Source: Octopus sinensis | Lineage: Eukaryota | NCBI RefSeq assembly: GCF_006345805.1 | Contig: NC_043009.1 | Coordinates: 70,556,001 to 70,620,000, forward strand | Reading direction: 5' to 3' | Length of the DNA: 64,000 nucleotides | Shown here: positions 52,640-64,000 of the stretch, piece after piece | How positions within the stretch are numbered: the stretch's first letter is position 1 | Layout: each line of letters begins with the position of its first letter | Translations under genes and position numbers: made by a program | The notes under the pieces: generated by a model | Databases searched by the model: none | What the model was told of the DNA's origin: nothing | Seen by the model: only the letters and a program-made list of their open reading frames with translations

Positions 52640-55245
52640 ATCAAGAACAGCAACTGAAAGATCAACAACAGCAGCAAGAACAACAATTACTATTGCAGCA
52701 ACAAATACTGCAATCAATGAATAGCAAGTCATCATGAAATGCTGGAAAAACTGTTCTCGCCAGATTATGTTGCTAACTCGATAAAAGAGTTTAAGTACGA
52801 ACCGGACGAAGGTGTTACCTTCGGGGCGTAGTAGGGAAGAGACGAACAGATCTTCAATAAAGAACGCAAAGACTAGGACGACGATATGAAAACTCGTCTA
52901 AATTTAAGAAAACTGGCACCAGGAGAACACGAACGTTACAGCAATCACGTACTCCCGTAAATACCTTCTGATAAACTTTAAAGATACGATAGATATATTG
53001 AGTAAAATATTTAACGAGAAAAGATCTTTGTTCAATACACGCTGGGAATATTTGAACCTAAGACAGAACAACGAGGAGGACTACATTACATATGCTGTTA
53101 GAGTGAAGAGGGAATGCGAAAAGTTCAAGCTGGACGAATGGACGCCACATATATTCAAGTACCTGATATTTACTCAGGGACAAATTGCAGAGACATTCGC
53201 AGAAGTTAGAACAAGAATTCTCGCTAAGCTGGAACAAAACCAAGCTGTAACCTTGCAACAAGTGCCAGAAGAGATTGAAAGAATGGTAAATGTAAGAGAC
53301 GACACGGAGAATGTTGAACATAAAGATTGAAGTGAAGGTAGTGCGAAATAGGCAGAATAGAAATCCGAATCCGAGACCCCCTTTGGTCACGACACTGACC
53401 ATGGGATTGCACCTAGAAAGTTACCCTCCTAGTCACAAGTCTGGGCAAGGTGGTTTATGGAAGACCAGCAGTCGCCAATGCATACCGGCCTCCCCTCTCC
53501 ATGCCACCAGTGTTATCCAAGGGAAAGGCAAGGGCCGATACAGCTTGGCACCAGTGACGTCGCAACTCATTTCTACAACTGAGTGAACTGGAGCAACGTT
53601 AAATAAAGTGTCTTGCTCAAGAACACAACACGCAGCCCGATCCGGGATTCGAGCTCACAACCTCGTACTAAAATACAGTAAAAAACAGGTCAAGAATCAG
53701 TTTTAAAAAAATCTATGCTTTTCATGTGGAGGTCCAAACTCGAGAAAAAGCTGTCCATTTAAGAAAGTGGAATGCTTCCGTTGTGGAAAAAAAGTGGATA
53801 CATAAAAATACTGTAAAATCAAGTTGACAAAACGTTTGCAACAAACAAAAAAAAATAAACAGTATTTTGTCGAAAAAAAAAACGGTAATGTAACAGAGAA
53901 AAAATTCGTAAATGTTAAAAATATCGGAATAAAAATGCAGTTAGACACTGGGAGTAATATTACCATTATAAATGAAGAAACTTGGAAGTATGTCGGTAAG
54001 CCGAAATTAATTAAATCTACAAAAGTCGTAGATAGCGTTAAGGGCAAAAAATTGCATTTTGTCGGTGAATTTGTGCGTAATGTAACATTTCGTGACCAAA
54101 TAAAAACGGCAAAAATATATATGCCAAATATTTCAGTAGTTGGAACTATTCAACTTGTGGAATACGTCCATAAAATGTTTTGTATGGGAATATAGTCGGT
54201 TCAGTCGAAGGTTCAAATGCAGCTGAGGGACTGAAACCAAAAAAATAAGACATTTATTTCCAGATGTTTTCGCGGAAGAATTGGGCTGTTGCACGAAAAC
54301 AAAGGCAAAATTTGCAATAAAATTAAGCGCAACACCTGTATTTAAGCCAAAACGAGATGTACCGTTCGTGGCAATAGACCAGGTAAACAAAGGCTTGAAA
54401 GACTTGAAAGCGTAGGAATAATCGAGAAATCGGACCAGCTACGGTCCACGTAAAATAGAAAAATAACGAGTCAATAGTTTGTGCAGGTTTTTCAACAGGT
54501 TTCATTGATTGCTTAATTTCGCATAACTCATTGCCGAGTCCTGAGGAGGCGTTTTCAAAACTGAATGGAGGGAAATTCTTCTCAAAATTAGATCTCTCGG
54601 AGGCTTCTCTACAAATGAGAATACACAACATACCTTATTCAAATTGAAGCGGCTTCTTTTCGGTGTAAAAGTGACTCCTTCCATATTTCTGTAGACGATG
54701 GATTGGGTGACTGATTTTGTTCTTGGCTGTTTAGACGATATTTTAATAAAATGTGAATCCCATGAACAACAGGGTGAACACGCTAAAAGGGTATTCAAGA
54801 TTAGAGAATATGAGTTCAAGTTAACGGAAGGAAAATGTGAGTTTTTTGGAAAAAATTAAATACTTGTGCCAGATAACAGATAAAAACCGGATCCCGGCGA
54901 TAAAAAGTATGCCCACGCCGAATAATGTGACTATTTTACAAGCATTCTTGGGTTTAGTAAATCATTATCAAATTTACATTCCCTACATACATAATGTAAG
55001 GGACCTGTTCAATCATCTGTTAGAGAAAAAAACGTAAAATGGTGTTGGACTGATAGGGGCCAGAAGGCATTTGAGGGGTTAAAAAGCATTTTAACACCGG
55101 AGCCGTCATTAACACATCTCGATCCAAAGCTGGATATTATACTGGATACTCATGCAAGTGATTACGGAGTAGAAGCTGTGCTTCTGCAGAAATATGACGA
55201 TCAGAGCAAAAGGCTATAGCCTATGCGTCACGATCGTTATTACCA
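52640..55245 (+). mobile_element. Gypsy LTR-retrotransposon gag-pol relic (no LTRs seen; truncated after RNase H)
   Basis: Gag EFKYEPDEGVTF...SLFNTRW; double Zn knuckle CFSCGG...CP...ECFRCGK (about 53716-53820); protease MQLDTGSNITII; RT GKFFSKLDLSEA; RNase H LTHLDPKLDIILDTHASDYGV. Many stops and frameshifts. Confidence 0.92.
53374..53665 (-). mobile_element. SINE (family of 36383-36722) inserted into the Gypsy gag, lacking its 5' head
   Basis: High similarity to 36390-36680; it splits the gag capsid region from the Zn knuckle. Confidence 0.92.
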
Positions 55246-55639
55246 GCTGATTACCCCTGCACTATATTTAAGGAGTGAAACTGCCCGGGTGTTGATAGCT
55301 TCGATCTTATTCCGTCAGTTTAATTTCGACTTAAGGATCAGTCTCAGTCTGTGCAAGTACTCCAGCTTATATTTTTCTGTCATTTATTTCTCCATCAATT
55401 TATCCATTTCCAAAATCCCCAAGTACTTATAACCCGTCTCTTCTATCAGCTTCATAGCTTTCCCCGACGGTATCGTTAGACCATCCATACATTTGATTTT
55501 GCCTCTCTTCAAGACTAACACACTACATTCTCAGTTCTGATATCAGCACTGAAGGTATACATCGTATCAACGAAAGAACTGACTTGGGCTTCATCTTTAC
55601 CATAAATTTTGAGGTCATTTATTATTATTATTATTATAT

Positions 55640-55715
55640 TCAGGTCACTGCCTGGAATCGAACTCGGGATCTTGGGGTTAGTAGCTGGCGCTCTTAACCA
55701 CTACGCCATATTCCC
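55640..55715 (-). mobile_element. tRNA-derived SINE head fragment
   Basis: Minus strand TGGCGTAGTGGTTAAGAGCG...GAGTTCGATTCC; preceded on + by (ATT)n. Confidence 0.65.
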
Positions 55716-55774
55716 ATCAAATGTAAATAATATAAATAATGTATATAATTCGTCATCCCTTAAATATAGAACTG

Positions 55775-55816
<42 letters not shown>

Positions 55817-57932
55817 TACAGGATATATATATATATATATATTACAGGATACCGCGTTATCCCATAAAAACATGACATTCGCAAGTCTGAAATCGAACGT
55901 GAGATGGGCCGGGGTAAAAGCAGAAATGCTTATCTCGAGACTATGTAGAACTAGTCTGGATAGTAATCTTGCAGTGGAATAGTTTTAGCAGCAGAAAATC
56001 TCTCAGTATTTCACGTCAGTGAAGCATCCATACGTTTTTAGTGCTGCCTGCAGTGGTAGTCGATGACTGTTATGGAATCATAACAACCGCCATACCTACA
56101 TAGATCTTAATCGAGTTGATGGTCACGGATGGGATATCTTTGATCATTGCAAAGTTGAAATGACGTAAGCACCAACAATAACAACAGCAGCAGAAATAAC
56201 CACAGCTGCAACAACAACAACAAGAGCTGCAACAATATCAGCAGCAGCAATATCAGCAGCAACAGTAACAATAGTACGGATTTGTCGATATCAATTAAGG
56301 TTTCAACACTCAGCGGAGATGATTTTGCCTTCTGTCTCCCAAGATTCGCTAAATAATTGCTAAATATGCACTGGAATTGAACTCGATACCTTTCATTATA
56401 CCAGTCGAAGAAAATCTGGTCATTTACATCGTCAAAAGAAATTTATTTTGCGTTTCCTAATTTCAAGTGTTAATGATTTTATTCCCCGCTCCCAACGTCC
56501 AGTCTGTGTAGCAACGCTCGCTTTTGTAGAGGATTCTAAATTACTTTCGTTAAGCGAAAATCGCCAATGAATTTGATAGGTTTTGCTAAATGTCCAACGT
56601 TTACTTAATACATTGAAGAAAAGAACTATTATATATCAAATAAAATGATTTCTTTATTAAGCACGATTCACCGGGGAAATGAAAAATGGAGAAATGTGGC
56701 GGTTAGCGATACTTGTGATTTTCTTTAAATGTTATTATGTCGTTAACATTCGGAAAGAAGTAGTTTTGAAACACGAATGAAAAGCGGTTTTGCATGAGAA
56801 TTTCATTTGATATGATGTTGCCGACTCCTCGCCAGTCTGCTTCTAATCAAAACAAATATCATCTCCACTGACGTTCAGCAACGTCCCAAGCTGAAGAGAT
56901 TAGAGAGAATGTATTTCACTATCTTGGAATTCATTTGCATTGCAATCAATTGTTGCAACTTGTGTTAAATACCATGAATGCTACTCATTAGATTAAGTCT
57001 TATTTGGTTATTGATTCGAACGTAATGCTTCTTTTTCTAAGTGGCCAATGAAATACAAGATGTAAAACTTTGGTAGTTTAATCAGCAAGTGTGTTTCAAT
57101 CCTTCATTGAAATCAATCCATGTCTCAATTTTCTTGGAGAAATGACACAATGCCATTACGGTCTATTACATATTTTACGTCTTCTACCAAAGTGTGAAAT
57201 GAAAAAGCCTGCGTTAGAGCCATTCCTATTTCAAATCCTACTTGGTCAATTTGCATCGTTATCTCCAAAGAATGGATAAATAGAGAATAAAAGCAATATA
57301 TTTTTCTTGCTGACTTTCACTCATGATTTATCCACAGCAGGAGGGATCAACCAAAATAATTCTCGCGCGACACATAATGACTGCAATGTTAACCACGTGG
57401 GGTCTAATAACTTACTACTATTAATGCAGCATCCATCGATCTGCATCTTCTAAATTATTTTCACATTTACCTAATATAAATAAACTGTATATATTAGTTG
57501 TAATTTAGTAATGTTTTGAAGAACAGAACATTAAAATGCTTGACCAAAAAGAGGACAAGATTCCTCAGATCATACTAGTGTAAAATAAAATCGTGGTTTG
57601 GTATTACTCTTTCCAGTATATACCCATTAATTTACAACTCTCCCACATTTCAATGCTATGAACACTAACGTATCTACCCGAATCAAGTATTGTGCATTGG
57701 ATAGACACTTATGGACTACCGATGTTGATTTTCTTAATCCCAGTTGGAAAGCCGAAGGAATTAATCTCTGCAACATTTGAACAGAATCATGCGGATCGGT
57801 TGGATTAACTACTTGACAACGTTTAGTTAGTTCGTCAGCCGTTTCACACAATTTTTATTTCAAAATATTTGCTATTAGTAATATTACTTCTGCACACGAC
57901 GTGTGGCAGAACTGACGGAGCTGCCAAGAGAG

Positions 57933-57985
<53 letters not shown>

Positions 57986-58049
57986 TGATGATGATAATGA
58001 TAATAATAATAATAATAATAAATAATAATAATTAATAATAATAATAAAT

Positions 58050-58091
<42 letters not shown>

Positions 58092-58113
58092 GAAGAAGAA
58101 GAAGAAGAAGAAG

Positions 58114-58545
58114 CCAGATATAGTTGTCAGAGATTTAGCAGTCACCGATCAACAAGAAAATATGCTTTGTAATCGATGTATCAATGCCAACAGATGACAA
58201 TGTTACTCTAAAAGAAATGGAGAAACTTTCAAAATACAAAGATTTGGAAGTAGCGGTAACTCGAATATGGAGTCTAAAAACAGAAACAATTCCTATTATA
58301 GTAGGCGCATTAGGTATGATAAAAGAATATTCAAATACACAACAAAACACCAAGACTAACCAATATAGAGAAATAGCACTGCAAGGCACTGCCCACATCC
58401 TACGAAAAATACTCGACATTGAAATACAAACGATGTGGCGTATTAAAGTGGAAACTGTTCCTGATATTGTAGGTGTCCCAGGTATGATAAAACAAAAGTG
58501 ATGTCAGAGACATCTAGATAAGATCCCAGGAGAGCCATGTGTTGT
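58114..58545 (+). mobile_element. Dong/R4-like LINE 3' fragment(s) after (AAT)n(AAG)n
   Basis: IDVSMPTDDNVTLKEMEKLSKYKDLE...IPIIVGALG...GTAHILRK. Confidence 0.85.
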
Positions 58546-58696
58546 ATTACATGAAGCTATTTCACTACCTCCCCAAACTTTCAGTCATACTGCAACATCT
58601 CTTACCCTTCATTCGCCCCAAACGCTGGGTGTGTCTCGGTAAGTGACTGCAACAAATATGCAGATTAAAAGTAAAAGTGACAATAATAATAGTAAT

Positions 58697-58771
<75 letters not shown>

Positions 58772-58773
<2 letters not shown>

Positions 58774-59476
58774 CAAAAACATGTAATGAAAAGAAATATT
58801 ACAAGTAACTGCAGAATATGTGGAGATGGACAAGAAACAATAAATCATATTATCTCTAGCTGCCCAGTCCTGGCTAAGAAGAATATATTCACAGACATGA
58901 CAGAGTTGGAACCTACGTACATTGGAAGCTATGCCAACATTATGGAATAACAACAGAAAAAAGATGGTATAGGCACACACCAGAAAAGGTCACAGAAAAC
59001 GAGAAAGCAACCATACTCTGGGATATGCCGATACACACAGATAGAGAAATTAAGGCCAACAGACCAGATATAGTTGTCAGAGATCATGAAGAAATAAAAT
59101 GCTTTCTAATTGATGTATCAATACCGGCTGATGACAACGTGTCTCTAAAAGAAATGGAGAAACTCTCAAAATACAAAGACCTGGAAATAGAGGTAACTAG
59201 AATGTGGAATCTGAAAACAGAAACAATTCCTATCATAGTAGGTGCATTAGGCATGATAAAAAAATATTCAGACAAATACATAACAAAAACACCAGGACTT
59301 ACAAACACATATAACATACAGAAAATTGCACTACTGGGCACTGCACACATCCTACGCAGAACACTTTCCATACAATAACCATCAGAGCATCACAACAAAT
59401 CACAGCACATACCCAAGGCACACAGAGCTGCGCTCGGTAGTGAAGTGAAAGCACGCTATAAAAATAAAGCTACTGA
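58772..59476 (+). mobile_element. Dong/R4-like LINE 3' end (CCHC knuckle plus RLE plus 3' UTR) within (TAA)n
   Basis: CRICGDGQETINHIISSC...RHDRV (one frameshift), then ORF 59025-59378 RPDIVVRD...IDVSIPADDN...KYKDLE. (AAT)n on both sides. Confidence 0.92.
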
Positions 59477-59499
59477 ATAATAATAATAATAATAATAAA

Positions 59500-60031
59500 T
59501 GCTCTGATGCAGTACCAGGCAGTGGCTGATTGGAAGTGTTATCATGTATATTGTTTTGTCTTGGTATAAAAGATGGGCTACAGCAAATATTCTGCTCAAT
59601 ACCACAGATTTGCATGTCAGTTGTTTGACCTTAACCAGTTGGGCATGTCCCTCAGTGGCTGATATGTGCATCTCTGATCACGAGCAGAAGTAGTGGGGGA
59701 GCATCATAGACATGTGTTGAAAGGAATTCTTGGAGGTTTGGATAATTCACCTTTGGAAACATGGGTGTTTCGTTCAACGTCCTTAAACAACCCTTATTCA
59801 GGGACATTTTGAGCGGGATGGGCTACTCGACCAGAAGAAAATTCTATCTGGGCCCCACCTGCAAGGTCATGCGTTGTTTATCTTGATATGAGATCACCAT
59901 GTCGCGCGCATATGGTTGTGATGCATGTGCCTGGTGTACCCTTATCAGACGAGTAGTCATGATGGGTATACTGGGCTTCGTAAATTTTACCCCAGTGTCA
60001 CTTTGATGGTATGCACTGCTCTCTCACTCAC
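59500..60031. repeat. Unclassified non-coding interspersed repeat of about 530 bp between (AAT)n tracts
   Basis: Discrete GC-richer block bounded by AAT arrays; recalled as a high-copy octopus repeat, but only one copy is in the window. Confidence 0.5.
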
Positions 60032-60053
60032 TAATAATAATAATGATAATAAT

Positions 60054-60121
<68 letters not shown>

Positions 60122-60122
<1 letters not shown>

Positions 60123-61289
60123 TCTGAGGACTGGATGTTAAAACTTGTCTCAAAACATGAAAACAAGAAAGCATCATACTCAGTCACAAAACAGGCAAAG
60201 GAATATCTAAGTGAATTCCGAATACAACCAATTTCGGAATTAGAGATAGATATACAAGAAACAAGCACAGAAAAAGCTAAGCGCATGAAAACCCGTGCCA
60301 AAACTGCGGCCTTAGATATTCTGAATAATAAATGGCAAGAAAAACCTCTCTATGGCAAATACCCAAAGAGAGCGAATAATGCAGATATCGACAAAGCCCT
60401 GACCCATCAATGGCTAATGGCCTCTGGCTTAAAATCTGAAACAGAAGGGTTATCATAGCAGCTCAAGATCAATGCCTACCAACAAGAAACTACCAGGCCA
60501 ACATATTAAAGAACGGCAGTAGCCCAACATGTCGTGTATGCCGACAACAAAATGAAACCATTGACCATGTTGTCTCCAAATGCAGTCTTCTAGCACCTAC
60601 AGAGTACCTCAGTAGGCATGGTAGAGCTGCACAATATATTCACTGGGTAATTTGCAAAAACCTGGATTTGCCCCATGAAAAAAACTGGTGGGAACACAAT
60701 CCACCTCCTGTGCTTGAAAATGACCACATCTCACTCCTCTGGAACTTCACCATTCAAACTGACAGGAAGATAGATGCAAACAGGCCAGATATCATATTGA
60801 AAGACTTCAGACAAAGAACATGCCTCCTCATTGATATGACTGTCCCAATCGATATAAACGTATCTGTCAAGACCTACCAAAAACTGAGCAAATATAAAGA
60901 TCTTGAAATAGAAATCAGCAAAATGTGGAAGCTGAAGACTAAAACAATACCTGTTGTCATAGGTGCCATGGGAATAATAGCAAAAGTGGCTGATTGTTAC
61001 CTAACTCAGATACCAGGAAACCCAAAAATGGCAGAAATTCAAAAGATAGTGCTCATGGGAACTGCTCATATCCTACGCAAAATACTCTCTATGTAATCCC
61101 AAGGTTTAAAACAAACTTTTTTATTTATTTATTTTTTTTTTTATGTATTAGACATTCACTTGTACAACACAAAAAAAAAAAAGAAATAACCCCAAATATA
61201 TGGCACAGAACTTCCAACCCTGTTGTCTCTTGAGGTCTCTGGATGAGACTTGGAGCCAACTTGTACAGACATAAAGCAAAAGTCAAACA

Positions 61290-61290
<1 letters not shown>
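60122..61290 (+). mobile_element. Dong/R4-like LINE 3' 1.2 kb within (TAA)n
   Basis: KPLYGKYP...WLMASGLKSETEG, a frameshift to IIAAQDQCLPTRNY...CRVCRQQNETIDHVVSKC...RH, then ORF 60668-61096 RPDIILKD...KYKDLE. (AAT)n on both sides. Confidence 0.93.
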
Positions 61291-61368
<78 letters not shown>

Positions 61369-62330
61369 AATGATTCATTGTTATAATCTATTCTTATAAC
61401 CCGAAAAGTCTGAAAATTCTGTTTCAGTAATTCCGGATTACTGATTTATACAAATATCTAATCGTGATTTCGTTTTATATTTTGTCGTAAGGGAACATAA
61501 GTGAACTTGTAGTCTGTATTTAACATAAGCATTTGATTGTTAAAGTCTCACGTAATGTATTCAGCTTTATAGCCCTGTATTTTCCTCTGCAAAACCACTT
61601 TGATTTTCTATGTTCACTGTACCAAGTGAAAAATAATTTTGTTTTTATTTTCATGTGACAGACTGCAGAATAATCTACATTCTTTAATAGACAACTGTAA
61701 CTCTTCGGATGCTTACTCTTTAGACTTCAGTATTTCTTTAATTTGTTTTGTTAATTTTGTTTATAAGGAACGATTTTTCCTTCGGGAGGAATGGCTACTT
61801 AATTGAATCAAATCACTTATTTTTACGGGAATTTTTGTCATCGACTTGGATAAGTAATAACACAGCTATGCGAGATAATAACAAATACAGAAAAGCACTC
61901 TTCGCCATTTTACCTTCACAGAAATATCCAAAACTTTCTACAGAATGAATATCATTTAGATGTTTGAAACTGTAACATAATCAAATCGTACCATCGGAGA
62001 TATATTGAAAACGGTTCTGGAATTTACAAATGCATTTAGCTAAATCTTATTAAAATCTATTATATTCACAACAATTTAAATTATTCAGTAAAACAAGTAA
62101 ATATTGTTTTTAGTAAACATGCGCCCAGCAAAACAATTTACTTCTTAGTTTTCATATTGCATGGAAATTGACATTAAATTTAATGATTCGAAACAAATAT
62201 AGGATGTCTTTCGAAAAATCCAGTTTTCTGAGATGTTTAATGATAGCACTACTTCAAAGTTACGCTACACTTATGTCTGTGCGTGTGAGCGTGTGTGTAT
62301 GTGTGAGTGTGGGAGAGTGCGTGTGTATAT

Positions 62331-62379
<49 letters not shown>

Positions 62380-62569
62380 TGTGTGTGTGTCTGTGTGCGT
62401 GTGTATTCTTATATATGGTTAGATGTGTACTGGTGCCACAGAAAACGATGTTCAAAATTCTCAATGATGGTGAGTCCTTCCCAGCACTTGGAAATCTAGT
62501 TTTGTATTTACACTATACTGCGGAACCCAAGCTGCCTTTTTGTGCGTCGCACTATATGTATATATGGCA

Positions 62570-63330
62570 TTTTTGAGGATTTTGAACAAACTTCAAGACT
62601 AATGAAAAATGTCGGCTCTGCTATAACAGTGTGTAAGACACGACCCACGTTATCAACAGTTGCCACAAAATGTCTGCGAGATACACAAAATGTCTGCTCC
62701 GAAGACATGATATAGTTACAAAGACTGTTTACAATGCTATCCACAGGAAGGACTGCCCTGACGTATAGAGCAAAGGAATGTCAGAACCAGCAGGTATTCA
62801 CACTTTTAAAAACAAGAAACCCTGCTGGAACATTTCAATAAAAACGAAACATTAATGCGGTGCAAACATAACAGACTTGATATTGGTCAGTGCGACAGGG
62901 AAGAAGAGTCACTCAATGACGTAGAGGTCAGCTGCTCAGCGGATGCGAATGTACAATCAAAAGTCCAAGAAAAAGAGAACATTTATGGCGAATTAAAGAG
63001 GAAATTACAGTTCTTGTAGCCTAACTATGAACTCTCATTTGTACTTTTATCATCAGAGTCACATTGGATTATATACCAACGAATTTTCACAAAAACCTAG
63101 AAACACTTGGTTTCACGGAAGAAGAGTGAAAGAAACTGACGCAGATACTCAAAATCCAATTTATTAGTAGCACAGGGAAGTTTCAAAGACTTTTCAAAAA
63201 TTCTTCATGTGAGATTCCTATGGGAATAGATGCACACATTTACAAACATCGGGAAATTTCTGAACCCAAAAAGTTTTGTCGCCCTGTTAGTGACTGGCTT
63301 GAACTTTCTCCAATTGAACTTAAATTAAAC
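62570..63330 (+). mobile_element. Decayed RLE-type LINE 3' end (family of 46466-46970)
   Basis: KCRLCYNSV*DTTHVINSC...RRHD, then EVSCSADANVQSKVQEKENIYGEL. Confidence 0.8.
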
Positions 63331-63406
63331 TCTAAGAAAAATCATGAAATCGTACATATGCATCTGTATGTATGCGTGTGTTAATGTGCGTACATGTGAC
63401 TGTGAG

Positions 63407-63494
63407 CAGTGGCGGACTGAGTCTAAAAATATGGTTGCCAGGAGACTAAGGAGGTCCGCTTGCAACTACATTTGTCCACCCGCAACTACAATGC

Positions 63495-63563
<69 letters not shown>

Positions 63564-63768
63564 GTTGGTTAAAAGTATTCTTTTCAACTGTCTACAAACA
63601 TGGCTAAGCTGAAATATTTAATGCATTCTTTCAGGTGTGAATAAAAAATTCTCAGACTTAAGGAGATGGGCCCCTTAGATACTAACATGGGCACCCATGT
63701 AAGGATACTAATGGCGCAGGGGCCCACTTGCCATCGGGCAAGCTGGCAACCTGGCCAGTCCGCCACTG
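63407..63768. mobile_element. hAT-superfamily MITE with 13-bp TIRs and an 8-bp TSD
   Basis: TIR CAGTGGCGGACTG (63407-63419) pairs with CAGTCCGCCACTG (63756-63768). TSD ACTGTGAG lies at 63399-63406 and 63769-63776. Confidence 0.93.
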
Positions 63769-64000
63769 ACTGTGAGTGATTATTCGTGAAAGATAACATT
63801 ACTCCTGACAATTTCCTATGTCAGAGAGTATTGGAACAAAAGCAAGCCACAATGAGCGGATGTTTAGAAGAACAAAGAACAATGTAAAAGTTTTTCACTC
63901 GAAAAACAAAATCTTTATATTAATGTGAGATTATTCGGTATGTACAACCATGATTCATAACAGGAACCCTGTCGCTATTTTCCTACACCGAGTTAGAACT

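Overview
AT-rich, microsatellite-saturated eukaryotic DNA. The SINE and short-repeat families resemble those I recall from Octopus genomes; this is recognition, not a database match. I can support no host protein-coding gene, tRNA, rRNA or CRISPR array, and many of the supplied ORFs are microsatellite translations. The window is a transposon graveyard: tRNA-derived SINEs, an RTE LINE, Dong/R4-type RLE LINE 3' ends in (TAA)n, two mariner and one maT/Tc1 relic, a Gypsy gag-pol relic, a Helitron, a hAT MITE with an 8-bp TSD, and several Penelope-like elements (PLEs) with GIY-YIG remnants. The main signal is about 14 loci with type I hammerhead ribozyme (HHR) motifs (intact, variant or decayed) from several unrelated short families, most with a self-complementary stem III. 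Many sit in fold-back structures beside (TA)n, always with the ribozymes pointing outward from the centre. These range from PLE bodies between inverted arms (22.8-24.3 kb, 28.3-29.2 kb) to body-less palindromes, including a perfect 498-bp one at 27546-28043 and a near-perfect 0.8-kb one at 36757-37554.
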